From: an uncultured Verrucomicrobiae bacterium
GTDB lineage: Bacteria > Verrucomicrobiota > Verrucomicrobiia > Chthoniobacterales > UBA10450
Length of the DNA stretch: 64,000 nucleotides
Direction: 5' to 3'
Assembly (NCBI GenBank): GCA_963756875.1
Contig: CAVWPA010000003.1
Span: 224,001-288,000 of the forward strand
Shown: positions 37,942 to 49,078 of the stretch, piece after piece
Position numbering within the stretch: position 1 is the first letter of the stretch
Layout: the number at the start of each line of letters is the position of its first letter
Translations under genes and position numbers: made by a program
Notes under the pieces: model-generated
What the model was told of the DNA's origin: nothing
The model's database searches: none
What the model saw: the letters and a program-made list of their open reading frames with translations, nothing else

Positions 37942-39294
37942 TCACGCCTTCTTAAGCGTGAAGACGTGACTCTCCGGCTCACGGTATAGAATCAATTCAA
38001 CCAACACCGGCTCGTTCGGGTAGATGAAATTCATGCTTGTTGGCTGAAACACGTCAAGACCGAGCGCCTTACTGCTAGGGTTACGAAAACTAATGTCATC
38101 AGAAAGCCTGGCGGCGGCGACACTCAGGTCGATCTCGCAATCGGTATGCTTCCTTAGGAAATCGATCAAGTCCGTCGTGTCGAAGAAAAAACTCCGGTAA
38201 CTCGAATTCAAGGAATACGTGGTAACCTTCTCCAGAATCTCGCCATGAATCGTGCGCCACACAACGTTACTGCTGCCAGGGCGCGGGTCGTAAAAGTCGA
38301 TGACGTAGTCGGTAATGTCCGCTCCAAATTGATCTCGCAGGTGGAAGACGACGTGCATGTACTGATGAAAGTCGGTATTAGCCGGATCCGCCATGAAAGT
38401 TGTGGCCGTTTGCTTGTCGCAGCTTTCGACGTGGGCCGCGTAACCAGCGGGAGTAACCGAAAGCGAGTTGAGTAAAATCTTTTCCCACTCCTGGTGCTGG
38501 ACTGGCTCGTTGGGATCATGAATGGTCGTGTGGTTTCTGGCAAAAACTGCGAATGCAATACGCGGCTTAACGTCAACCTGATCCTCAAACTTCGGGTTTT
38601 CAGGGTCGGCAAAATCGGCCAGGAAATAATGAGCGTTCAGGTTCGCGGTTGAAACTCGCACGGTGCCGTCGCTGCCAGGCTCGTGGGCAATCTCTCGAAG
38701 ACCCGAATAATGCGATGACCCAACCATTACGGTTGCAAGCACATTGTCTGGATCGAAGATTGGGAACTTCGAGTTGAAAAGGTCGTCGAACGCGAGCTGC
38801 CACGAGTATGGCGACGCAAGTTCGAGCGCGTTCAGAATACGCGTCCCCGTTTCTCCCAGATGCTTGAAGTCCCATCTCCAGCCCTTAAGAAGCCGGCCAA
38901 GTACGGATTTGCCCAGGGCGGCCAGCGGCGATCCAAAATTCGCAGGCGCCAGCATGCAGAGCCGGCGAACAGGCGTTCGCGTGGCGTCCCGCGTCCCATC
39001 GGGACGTGTGCAGACCTGGCGAAGAAATTCCCGGGCGACAAGACCGCCGGTGCTATGAACGACAAGATCGAAGCTGTGACGCGACGTCGCGATTTTGTTG
39101 GCTTCAAGCGCGCGAATAAAGGCGTAGCCGAGATCTGTCATCTCGATCTTGTCGTGCATCGAGATGTAGTTGCCCAGCCAGATATCGATCACCCTGAAGC
39201 CCTGATTTTTTAAGTAATCAGCCAGAGGCTGAAACGACTTGGAAGAATCGCTCCAACCATGCAGGATCACGAGGGGGAGATCGGGCTTAGGCAC
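37942..39294 (-). CDS. Alpha/beta-fold hydrolase
   Basis: ILHGW, VHSTGG nucleophile elbow, APANFGS, SDGTV. Confidence 0.8.
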   Translation of the reverse strand: MPKPDLPLVILHGWSDSSKSFQPLADYLKNQGFRVIDIWLGNYISMHDKIEMTDLGYAFIRALEANKIATSRHSFDLVVHSTGGLVAREFLRQVCTRPDGTRDATRTPVRRLCMLAPANFGSPLAALGKSVLGRLLKGWRWDFKHLGETGTRILNALELASPYSWQLAFDDLFNSKFPIFDPDNVLATVMVGSSHYSGLREIAHEPGSDGTVRVSTANLNAHYFLADFADPENPKFEDQVDVKPRIAFAVFARNHTTIHDPNEPVQHQEWEKILLNSLSVTPAGYAAHVESCDKQTATTFMADPANTDFHQYMHVVFHLRDQFGADITDYVIDFYDPRPGSSNVVWRTIHGEILEKVTTYSLNSSYRSFFFDTTDLIDFLRKHTDCEIDLSVAAARLSDDISFRNPSSKALGLDVFQPTSMNFIYPNEPVLVELILYREPESHVFTLKKA

Positions 39295-39327
39295 CGCCCG
39301 TATCCAACCAAAAAAGACCGCTACCCG

Positions 39328-39684
39328 TCAAAACGCTTCTTCCGAGCTCAAATTCAGAGGAACCAAATTTCGCATTTGCGCAACACGCCAATTAGATATG
39401 GCCCGCCGTTCTCCCCCCAGCAGGCCAAGAAAGTTCTTCAGTGCATAGAGTTCGAGCGCGAATGGGACGTAGCCGCCGTAACCCAATAATGGCATTTCAA
39501 AAATGTGCAGGAACCCGGCACCAGGCGTGTGATATACCCACTTCGGAAACGAGTAATGGTTCCAGAGCTCCCCAAAAAAGCCGCATACCACTCCGGCCAC
39601 GGCCAGTGAAATGACCATTCGCCAGTCGCCGTTCCCCAGATCTTGGAGAAAATGCGGCCGACCCTTCCAGTGATTGACTGGCTC
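39328..39684 (-). pseudogene. 3' fragment of a conserved membrane protein
   Basis: Reads EPVNHW..DWRMVISL..CGFF.ELWN..SFPKWVY..FEMPLLGYGGY.PFALE; no 5' half. Confidence 0.6.
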
Positions 39685-39900
39685 GCAGGGCGCAGCCCAT
39701 GTCCGCCACGAGCTTTCGGATGAACGTCATCGCCAAGTTATTTCCGCCTCGCCGTTTCTCTATGACTTTGCTGAATGTGTAGGTCTTACCCGTCCCTGCA
39801 CCGGCGACGATTAGCTTCTTCCTTGCGCTGGACTCGAGGATGCTGCGCAAACATTTCTCCCGTTGCTCGCGCTGGCTTTCTTGATTTCCTCTCGAGTCAC
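39685..39900 (-). pseudogene. 5' fragment of a UvrD/Rep-like SF1 helicase, frameshifted and truncated
   Basis: KLIVAGAGTGKT (Walker A) and LAMTF (motif Ia); GTG 39900 is out of frame with the motif-bearing frame. Confidence 0.65.
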
Positions 39901-39913
39901 AATGACGCTGTGT

Positions 39914-39951
39914 ACAACAAAACAGCCGGAGCCTTTCGACTCCGGCTGTTT
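39914..39951 (-). terminator. Intrinsic terminator after groEL
   Basis: AAACAGCCGGAG/CTCCGGCTGTTT stem followed by a T-rich tract on the minus strand. Confidence 0.75.
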
Positions 39952-39978
39952 GAATTCATTTGTTGTTTCGGCTGTCGC

Positions 39979-41667
<1,689 letters not shown>

Positions 41668-41728
41668 TTATTCGAGTTGAACATTGGAAAGTTGATAGTT
41701 TTCAGTTGTTGAGAGTTGAGAGATCGGA

Positions 41729-42025
41729 CTAGCCGATGATGCCGAGGATGTCGTCCTCGCGCATGATCAGGTAGGTGTCGTTGTCGATCTTGATTTCGGT
41801 TCCGCCGTATTTCGAAATGAGAACCTTGTCTCCTTTCTTGACGGTGAAATCGACTTTCTTTCCGTTGTCGTCGACTTTACCGGTACCAAGAGCGACGACT
41901 TTGCCCTCTTGCGGTTTTTCCTTGGCGGTATCGGGGATAATGATCCCGCCCTTTTTCATTTCCTGCTCTTCAATCGGCTGCACCAGCACCCGGTCTCCGA
42001 GCGGCTTTACGTTAACGCTTGCCAT
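41729..42025 (-). CDS. groES: Co-chaperonin GroES
   Basis: [25 protein letters not shown]. Confidence 0.97.
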   Translation of the reverse strand: MASVNVKPLGDRVLVQPIEEQEMKKGGIIIPDTAKEKPQEGKVVALGTGKVDDNGKKVDFTVKKGDKVLISKYGGTEIKIDNDTYLIMREDDILGIIG

Positions 42026-42119
42026 AGGGTTTTGTTCTTTACTCCTTATTGGTTTTTTTGGTTTTTGGGTTGAGCCGGCGACTGTCGTTGTGGCGACACC
42101 CGCCGGCAAATTGTTTCCT

Positions 42120-44078
42120 TTATTTCTTCTTATCTTCGTCCACGACTTCGAACTCGGCGTCGACGACGTCGCCTTCGCCGCCGCGTTTACCGGCGCCCTG
42201 CTCGCCACCGCCGCGCGGTTGCGCTTCGGGGCCGGGGCCGGGTTGCGGGCCAGGACCAGCTTGCGCTGACGCCTGTTTGTACAGCTCGGCGCTGATTTCC
42301 TGGAACTTGTTCTGCAGCTCCTCGTAGGTCCGCTTCATCGCGTCGGTGTCGTTCTTGTTGATCGCTTCACGCACCGCGGCGATGGCGTCCTCGACCTGCT
42401 TCTTCTTGTCGCCGGGGATCTTGTCGCCCAACTCCTTCAATTGCTTCTCGCTCTGATACGCAAGCATGTCGGCGTTATTCTTGATCTCGATCGATTCTTT
42501 CGCCTTTTTGTCCTCTTCGGCATGCGATTCGGCTTCCCGCTGCATTTTGTCGATTTCGTCCTTCGAAAGCCCGGAGCTGCCGGTAATGGAAATCTTTTGT
42601 TCCTTGCCGGTGCCGAGATCTTTCGCCGAGACATGCAGAATGCCGTTCGCGTCGATGTCGAAGGTCACTTCGATCTGCGGAACGCCGCGCGGGGCCGGCG
42701 GGATTCCATCGAGATGGAACGTGCCCAGATTCTTGTTGTCGCGCGACAGCGGCCGTTCGCCCTGTAACACCTTGATCTCCACGCCCGGTTGATTGTCGCT
42801 GTAAGTCGAAAAGATTTGCGACTTCCGGGTCGGAATGGTGGTGTTCCGCGGAATCATCGGCGTGGCTACTCCCCCGGCGGTCTCGATCGCCAGCGTGAGC
42901 GGAGTCACGTCTAAGAGGAGAACGTCTTTGACTTCTCCTTTGAGCACGCCGCCCTGGATCGCCGCGCCTACCGCGACGACTTCGTCCGGGTTGACGCCCT
43001 TATGCGGTTCTTTGCCGATTAAACTGCGCGCCGTATCGATGACCTTCGGCATGCGCGTCATGCCGCCGACGAGCACCAGTTCGTTGACGTCGCGCTCCGG
43101 AAGCTTCGCGTCCGCCAGACAATCCTTGACCGGTTTGATGGTGCGCTGGAAAAGATCGTCGCACAGTTGCTCGAGCTTCGAGCGGGTTAGTTTCTTCTGA
43201 ATGTGCTTCGGCCCGCTCGCGTCCGCCGTGATAAACGGCAGATTAATTTCGTATTCCTGCGTGGACGAGAGCGCGATCTTGGCTTTCTCCGCTTCTTCCT
43301 TGATGCGTTGGATCGCATCCGGTTGCTTGGTCAGATCGATCCCGCTCTCCTTTTTAAATTCGCTCACGATCCAATCCATGATTCGCGCGTCCCAGTCGTC
43401 ACCGCCAAGGTGCGTATCGCCGTTGGTCGCCTTCACTTCGAAAACGCCATCGCCGATTTCCAGAACGGAAATGTCGAACGTGCCACCGCCCAAATCGTAA
43501 ACGGCGATCTCTTCGTCTTTTTTCTTGTCGAGACCGTAGGCGAGCGACGCCGCGGTTGGTTCGTTAATGATGCGCAGCACTTCCAGACCGGCGATTTTGC
43601 CCGCGTCCTTCGTCGCGTTGCGCTGTGAATCGTTGAAATACGCCGGCACGGTGATCACGGCCTGCGTGATTTTTTCCCCGAGCTTCGCTTCCGCGTCGGC
43701 CTTCAGCTTCGATAAAATCATTGCCGAAATTTCCGGCGGCGAAAAGGTCTTTAGCTGCCCGTTCACTTCCACCTGCACGTGCGCGTCGCCATTGGCCGCT
43801 TTCACGATTTTGTACGGGACGCGATGCTCTTCTTCGTGGACTTCATCGAATTTGCGGCCCATGAAACGTTTGATCGAGAAAACCGTATTCTGCGAATTGG
43901 TCACGGCCTGGCGTTTTGCCGCCTGACCTACCAACCGCTCGCCACTTTTTGTAAATGCAACCACAGAAGGCGTTGTGCGCGCGCCTTCGCTATTTTCCAA
44001 TACCGCCGGGTCGCCACCTTCCATGACCGCCATGCACGAGTTGGTAGTGCCCAGGTCAATTCCTAAAACTTTAGCCAT
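42120..44078 (-). CDS. dnaK: Chaperone DnaK
   Basis: [27 protein letters not shown]. Confidence 0.98.
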   Translation of the reverse strand: MAKVLGIDLGTTNSCMAVMEGGDPAVLENSEGARTTPSVVAFTKSGERLVGQAAKRQAVTNSQNTVFSIKRFMGRKFDEVHEEEHRVPYKIVKAANGDAHVQVEVNGQLKTFSPPEISAMILSKLKADAEAKLGEKITQAVITVPAYFNDSQRNATKDAGKIAGLEVLRIINEPTAASLAYGLDKKKDEEIAVYDLGGGTFDISVLEIGDGVFEVKATNGDTHLGGDDWDARIMDWIVSEFKKESGIDLTKQPDAIQRIKEEAEKAKIALSSTQEYEINLPFITADASGPKHIQKKLTRSKLEQLCDDLFQRTIKPVKDCLADAKLPERDVNELVLVGGMTRMPKVIDTARSLIGKEPHKGVNPDEVVAVGAAIQGGVLKGEVKDVLLLDVTPLTLAIETAGGVATPMIPRNTTIPTRKSQIFSTYSDNQPGVEIKVLQGERPLSRDNKNLGTFHLDGIPPAPRGVPQIEVTFDIDANGILHVSAKDLGTGKEQKISITGSSGLSKDEIDKMQREAESHAEEDKKAKESIEIKNNADMLAYQSEKQLKELGDKIPGDKKKQVEDAIAAVREAINKNDTDAMKRTYEELQNKFQEISAELYKQASAQAGPGPQPGPGPEAQPRGGGEQGAGKRGGEGDVVDAEFEVVDEDKKK

Positions 44079-44163
44079 ATATAAAGAGATCCTTTCTTGG
44101 GTTCGAGTCCGGCCGGTGGGGGAACAGGTGCGCCGCGCCGAGACTTCAACCTATGCGCTCTTT

Positions 44164-44179
44164 AGCATGGCCCAAGCCA
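44164..44179 (-). promoter_or_regulatory. Candidate sigma-54 (-24/-12) promoter for dnaK-groES-groEL
   Basis: Minus strand TGGCTTGGGCCATGCT = GG-N10-GC, about 85 nt upstream of the dnaK ATG; imperfect match to TGGCAC-N5-TTGC. Confidence 0.45.
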
Positions 44180-44330
44180 CGGGCGCGCGAACAATCATAA
44201 GTGCTTTACAATCAGGATATAACGTAAATCATAGATCTATTGGAGCTCCTGGGAATCGGGACAATCAGGCGCACTTTTAGGCTCCTTAGCAAGGGGCTCT
44301 GAGCCACAGCGGCACACTGGGAGCGCGCCC

Positions 44331-44474
44331 GAAGCTCCAAGCACCAAACGCCAAGCACCAGGGAAGCTCCAAACCTCAAAGCCAAAGCACCAAAACGGAA
44401 GCGATGCCTCTATGACCATTGGAGTTTGGGATTTGAAGATTCCCTGGAGGTTGGTGATTGGTGCTTGGGATTTC
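44331..44474. repeat. Heptamer inverted tandem repeat element, copy C
   Basis: GAAGCTCCAAGCACCAAACGCCAAGCACCAGGGAAGCTCC...TTCCCTGGAGGTTGGTGATTGGTGCTTGGGATTTC. Confidence 0.85.
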
Positions 44475-44885
44475 CGGCGATGGCCAGCGGCACGACGACT
44501 GCTAATTTTAGTTTCGTGCAAAACCAGAGCGCAGTACCGATCACGCCCCGAAAAAAAGTCGGCGGCTGATCCCGATATTTTCTTTCATTGCGAACATTGC
44601 AAAGCGTCACTGGTCGTGAATCGATCGGCTGCGGGCATGAGCTTGAGCTGTCAAAGTTGCGGGAAGCTGACTCTTGTTCCAAAACCGAGTATGGCCTCGG
44701 CGGATAGGACCGCCCAATTACAGGAGATCCGGCGACGTCTGTCCGAAAACGAATCGCAGCGGACCGAGGTCACCGGGTATATCAATCAGCTCAGCATCCA
44801 GGTTCATCGCTGGCAACTGCGTCTGCAAACACTGAGCGAGCGCAAGCAGCAGCTCGAAAGCGAGCTCGCCTCGCTCGGAACATAG
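44412..44885 (+). CDS. Zinc-ribbon + coiled-coil protein; start uncertain
   Basis: CEHC...CQSCG followed by a heptad-rich helix. Confidence 0.6.
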   Translation: MTIGVWDLKIPWRLVIGAWDFRRWPAARRLLILVSCKTRAQYRSRPEKKSAADPDIFFHCEHCKASLVVNRSAAGMSLSCQSCGKLTLVPKPSMASADRTAQLQEIRRRLSENESQRTEVTGYINQLSIQVHRWQLRLQTLSERKQQLESELASLGT

Positions 44886-44907
44886 CGCGATTCGACGTTT
44901 CCTTTCC

Positions 44908-44973
44908 TGTAGCGGCCCCAAAAGCGTTCGGGGTCGCATTAACGGGACCACACCCGCCACGCGGGCAAGCTAC
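44908..44973. repeat. Degenerate GTAG REP
   Basis: TGTAGCGGCCCCAAAAGCGTTCGGGGTCGC...GCTAC. Confidence 0.5.
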
Positions 44974-45028
44974 GGTCGTCCCTCCAATTTTTGTTTTCGC
45001 GAATGCCACTTCGCGATACTTTTTCGCC

Positions 45029-45862
45029 GTGCGACGGTATCACGATTTGCTCCGCCTCGTCCTGGAACAAGGCCAGCCGCGCGCCGATCGCACCGGTACC
45101 GGCACACTATCGATCTTCGGCGCGCAGGCCCGCTTCGATTTACGGCCCGATGGCCCCGGATTTCCGCTGCTGACGACCAAGAAGTTGCACACGAAGTCGA
45201 TCATCTACGAGTTGCTTTGGTTTTTGCGGGGCGACACGAACATTCGTTACCTTAACGAGCACGGCGTCACCATTTGGGACGAATGGGCCGATGAAAACGG
45301 CGACCTCGGCCGCGTGTACGGGGCGCAATGGCGCGACTGGCACGGCCAAAACGGCGTGCGTGTCGATCAGATCGACAATGTCATCGCGCAAATCAAAAAT
45401 AATCCGTCGAGCCGGCGTTTGATCGTGAGCGCCTGGAACCCGGCGGAGATCGATAAGATGGCGCTGCCGCCCTGTCACGTGCTGTTTCAGTTTTATGTTT
45501 CCGCCGCGGCGGATTCGTCCGATGGCGAACAGAGAGGCGAGTTAAGCTGCCAGCTTTACCAGCGGAGCGCCGACTTGTTTCTCGGTGTGCCGTTCAATGT
45601 CGCGTCGTATGCACTTCTCACGATGATGGTCGCCCAGGTGTGCGATCTGCGCGCCGGCGATTTCGTTCACACTTTTGGCGACCTGCACCTCTATCAGAAC
45701 CATCTCGAACAGGCGCGCGAACAGCTCAGCCGCGATTGCCGTCCTTTGCCGCGCATGAAATTAAATCCGGCGATCAAGAACATCCGCGATTTTAAGTTCG
45801 AAGACTTTGAGTTGGTCGGGTACGATCCGCACCCGTCGATCAAGGCGCCGATCGCGGTGTAA
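45029..45862 (+). CDS. thyA: Thymidylate synthase, with a 10-aa insertion
   Basis: DRTGTGT, ELLWFL.GDTN, PPCH, YQRSAD..LGVPFN, IKAPIAV. Confidence 0.97.
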   Translation: MRRYHDLLRLVLEQGQPRADRTGTGTLSIFGAQARFDLRPDGPGFPLLTTKKLHTKSIIYELLWFLRGDTNIRYLNEHGVTIWDEWADENGDLGRVYGAQWRDWHGQNGVRVDQIDNVIAQIKNNPSSRRLIVSAWNPAEIDKMALPPCHVLFQFYVSAAADSSDGEQRGELSCQLYQRSADLFLGVPFNVASYALLTMMVAQVCDLRAGDFVHTFGDLHLYQNHLEQAREQLSRDCRPLPRMKLNPAIKNIRDFKFEDFELVGYDPHPSIKAPIAV

Positions 45863-45876
45863 CGCCGCAAGGCGGC

Positions 45877-45964
45877 GAAACCTCCAAATCCCAAGCTCCA
45901 AACCCCAGAGAAATTCCAATCATCAATATCCAAACCCGATTTGGAGCTTGGGGCTTGGCGATTT
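45877..45964. repeat. Heptamer inverted tandem repeat element, copy D, right arm shortened
   Basis: CCTCCAAATCCCAAGCTCCAAACCCCAGAGAAATTCCAA...TTTGGAGCTTGGGGCTTGG. Confidence 0.8.
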
Positions 45965-46014
45965 AAGAAGACGCGCTCAACCCCGGATTCCACGCAAAAA
46001 GCGTCTGATGGCGG

Positions 46015-47238
46015 TTATCGCGACGAAGATATCGATTCTTCTTTCGGCTTTTCCGCTTTCCAGATCGGACCGCTCTTGGCAACCACCGGCGCTTCGCTTC
46101 CGGAATGGGCGACCGTGCTGGGAGCGAGCTTGAATATCGGCAGGATCGGATTCCCGTTGGCGTCCTTCTCGTACTCGACGCCCTCTTTTTGGATGAGCAG
46201 CCACGCTTTGAAATCGCCGCCCGGCCACTCACCAATCAGCACCTCCATCGGATAACTCTGTCCGCCGGTGACCTGGAATGTTTCGCCCACACCGAGCCCT
46301 TTGTACCAGCCCATCTTGGGATCCAGATGCAAGCCCGCGGTCGCGTAAAACTTCTGGGGCCCGTGCCCGCTCGGATTGGTCGATCCACAATCGAGCACCA
46401 CCTTTCCGTTAAATCGCACAACCAAAACGTCGTCCGCCATGCCAACGAAACGAAAAGTTCCGATCTCCGTCGGAATCACATTCCCTTTGTAATGAACCAC
46501 CCACATTTTGGGCTGAACACGGCCGCCCAGCCCGAACTCCAGCGGGCCCTGGTTCGCATTCATTTTCGGAATAAAGATCTGGGTGGTGAAAAGCGGGTTC
46601 GGTCCGACGAAATATTTTGAAAAGGTGGATTCGTTCCAGCCGTTAACGAACTTTGCCAGCTCGGCGGGATAGCCCTTGTCCTGATCGAGCTTCGACGGCG
46701 TCCCGTTCTTGAGTTGCTTCAAGTCGTAGAATTTCCCGACAAGCGCACCTCCGCCTTTGGATTCGCGAAATCCAAAAAACGGAACGGCCGCGCCGCCAGC
46801 GCCGGCGCCGCCACTCACTTCCATCCCGCCGGGATTGAAACTGACATTTACCCCGCCAGCACCGGCCATTTTCGTGGGCAACGCGTCCAGTTTGGGCATG
46901 GCAGGCATCTCCGGCAGCGCTACTTTGGCCAAACCGGTCGTCGTAATGCGCTTGACCGCTGCCGGCGCGCTCATCGTGCTTTGCTTTTTCGCCAGTTGCA
47001 CTTTGTGTTCGAGCGCGCGCGTGGACGGATTGGGCGACGGCGGCCCGCCCTTAAACGTCAGTTTGCGGTTCGCCTGGTAATGCTGCACCACCCAAAAAGC
47101 CGCACCCAGACCGAAAAGCAGGTGCACTGCGATGCTGATCATTAAGAATTTTCCGCTCGTGCGCTCCCATTGCCACCACTGCGCCAGGCGCGTTTTTCGT
47201 CGCGGCGTTCCCTCCACCGGCTCGACGAGGGTGCTCAT
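46015..47238 (-). CDS. Single-TM protein with a TonB/TolA-like SxxxH anchor, Pro/Gly-rich linker and PA14-like C-terminal domain
   Basis: ISIAVHLLFGL TM; FRFVGMADDVLVVRFNGKVVLD resembles the PA14 core; ATGA overlap with exbD. Confidence 0.65.
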   Translation of the reverse strand: MSTLVEPVEGTPRRKTRLAQWWQWERTSGKFLMISIAVHLLFGLGAAFWVVQHYQANRKLTFKGGPPSPNPSTRALEHKVQLAKKQSTMSAPAAVKRITTTGLAKVALPEMPAMPKLDALPTKMAGAGGVNVSFNPGGMEVSGGAGAGGAAVPFFGFRESKGGGALVGKFYDLKQLKNGTPSKLDQDKGYPAELAKFVNGWNESTFSKYFVGPNPLFTTQIFIPKMNANQGPLEFGLGGRVQPKMWVVHYKGNVIPTEIGTFRFVGMADDVLVVRFNGKVVLDCGSTNPSGHGPQKFYATAGLHLDPKMGWYKGLGVGETFQVTGGQSYPMEVLIGEWPGGDFKAWLLIQKEGVEYEKDANGNPILPIFKLAPSTVAHSGSEAPVVAKSGPIWKAEKPKEESISSSR

Positions 47239-47678
47239 TCTTCTTCGTTCACGGTGAACGTGACGTTGTCGATCTTGGCGACGGCCAAAGCGTCAAGCAC
47301 ATCGATTGTTCGACTGTACTTTGCCTGCTCGTCACTGATAATCGTGACCACTGTGGGAGTCTTCGCCTCGTCGGCATTCTGCTTCAACCGCATCAACGTC
47401 GCTTTCAGCTGCGGCAAATCCTTGCTCTGCGGCGAATCGAACGGCTCATCGTTCAGCGAAACTTCGCCCGCATCGGAAATGGTGATGATTTGTTCGTCGA
47501 CAAAATCGACCGATGTGGAAGTCGCCGCCGTCCCGGGTAACTGGGTATTCAATTCGTTCTCCACCTTCACCGCACCGGCCATAACCATGAAAAACAGCAT
47601 GATGACAAAGACGACGTCGATCATCGGCGCGATTTGAAAACCGAATGAGCCTTCGTTTTGATTCAGTTCGAGTCGCAT
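47235..47678 (-). CDS. exbD: Biopolymer transporter ExbD/TolR
   Basis: FQIAPMIDVVFVIMLFFM with the conserved TM Asp. Confidence 0.9.
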   Translation of the reverse strand: MRLELNQNEGSFGFQIAPMIDVVFVIMLFFMVMAGAVKVENELNTQLPGTAATSTSVDFVDEQIITISDAGEVSLNDEPFDSPQSKDLPQLKATLMRLKQNADEAKTPTVVTIISDEQAKYSRTIDVLDALAVAKIDNVTFTVNEEE

Positions 47679-47744
47679 GACTTAAGAAGTCCCAAAGTGC
47701 GAGGCGCGTGCGCTCCCCGGATCAATCAAGTCGCGTCGCATTTT

Positions 47745-48200
47745 TTACTCCTTGTTTACCGCCGAAAACGAGATGTCGGTGATGCCTGCCTCGGCGCACG
47801 CGTTCATCGCTTGTGACACGTAAATTGCAGGCACATCGCGATCGCCGCGAATGACAGCCCGAAAAGTCGGGTTCGCGGTCCCGGTGACTTTTTTCTCGCC
47901 AGTGATCTTTGCTGTCTTTAGAGCATCAACCATCGCGCTGGCTTGCGAATAAATGCGGTCGTCGAAAACGAACTGCGCTTTCTTATCCTTCCAGCGCACA
48001 TTCAACACGGCTTCCGCGCGCGTATTGTCCTTCTTCTGCGCGTCCTTGGCCACCGGCAGATGGATCGTCTTGTCCACTTTCAGAACCTGGGCGGATGTGA
48101 TCGTCATGAAAAAGACCAGAATGGTCAGGAGTACATCGATCATCGGCGCGACCTGAAACTCAGGCTCGCCCCTTTCTGCTCCACCTGCTCCTGCCGCCAT
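47745..48200 (-). CDS. exbD: Biopolymer transporter ExbD/TolR
   Basis: FQVAPMIDVLLTILVFFM; IRGDRDV. Confidence 0.9.
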   Translation of the reverse strand: MAAGAGGAERGEPEFQVAPMIDVLLTILVFFMTITSAQVLKVDKTIHLPVAKDAQKKDNTRAEAVLNVRWKDKKAQFVFDDRIYSQASAMVDALKTAKITGEKKVTGTANPTFRAVIRGDRDVPAIYVSQAMNACAEAGITDISFSAVNKE

Positions 48201-48207
48201 ATGCCGC

Positions 48208-49050
48208 TTACTTGGGCTGCTCGTTCGCCGTTACAATCTTGCCGGTCTGGCCTGAGCCATGTGGTTGGACAAGCCAGTTGGGAATCGCCGCGTAAAGCTC
48301 CTCGTCGCCGAGGTGAACACCGGCGAGCGATTCATATGGCATTTTGCGGAACAAGCTGTTGATCACATCCTGGATGTAATGGATCGACGCGCCGGCCCGA
48401 TTGCGCAGAAAATAAAACGCGCCGAACGCCGGGATGGCGATGAAAAGGCCGCTTGCCGTGGCCACCAGCACTTCACCAATGGCCGCCGAGAGCCCGGACG
48501 GGTCGCCGATGCCGGAGGCGCCCAACTTGGCAAAGGCCTTGATCATTCCGGTGACCGTGCCGAGCAGACCGAGCATCGGCGCGCAAACGCCAATCACCGA
48601 CAGATAGCTGATGTAGGTCTGCATCTTGGAATTTTCTTTCGCAAGCTCGCCGATCATCCCTTCCTCGGCGACCTGTTGGCCATCGCCTAACAGGCCGATT
48701 CCGACGCGCAAAACATTCGTCAGCGCGGAAGGATGTTCCTTGCAATAATTGTAGGCGCCCACGTAATCGCCCTGCCGAAACAAGGTTTTCACGTTTTGCT
48801 CCTGATCGATCGGGGCAATGCGCGCCCGGCCCGTGCGAATGATTCCGTCGCCGATCAGATAAAGCGTTGCAACGGAAGTGAGACCGATTGGGATCATCAC
48901 CCAACCGCCTTCCTGGATCTGTTGCCATAGCGTTTTCTTGCGCAGCGCCTCGCCGCCCGCCGGCGACGCAGACTGTGCGAAGGCAGCCGATGCGAACATC
49001 GACAGCAGCAAGATCGACAGACCTGCCAGATTAATGATTTTTCTTTTCAT
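48208..49050 (-). CDS. MotA/TolQ/ExbB proton channel
   Basis: GGWVMIPI, APMLGLLGTVTGMI, EVLVATASGL.IAIPA. Confidence 0.92.
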   Translation of the reverse strand: MKRKIINLAGLSILLLSMFASAAFAQSASPAGGEALRKKTLWQQIQEGGWVMIPIGLTSVATLYLIGDGIIRTGRARIAPIDQEQNVKTLFRQGDYVGAYNYCKEHPSALTNVLRVGIGLLGDGQQVAEEGMIGELAKENSKMQTYISYLSVIGVCAPMLGLLGTVTGMIKAFAKLGASGIGDPSGLSAAIGEVLVATASGLFIAIPAFGAFYFLRNRAGASIHYIQDVINSLFRKMPYESLAGVHLGDEELYAAIPNWLVQPHGSGQTGKIVTANEQPK

Positions 49051-49078
49051 AGTTTGTTCGGAAAGTTCCAGACTGCTG

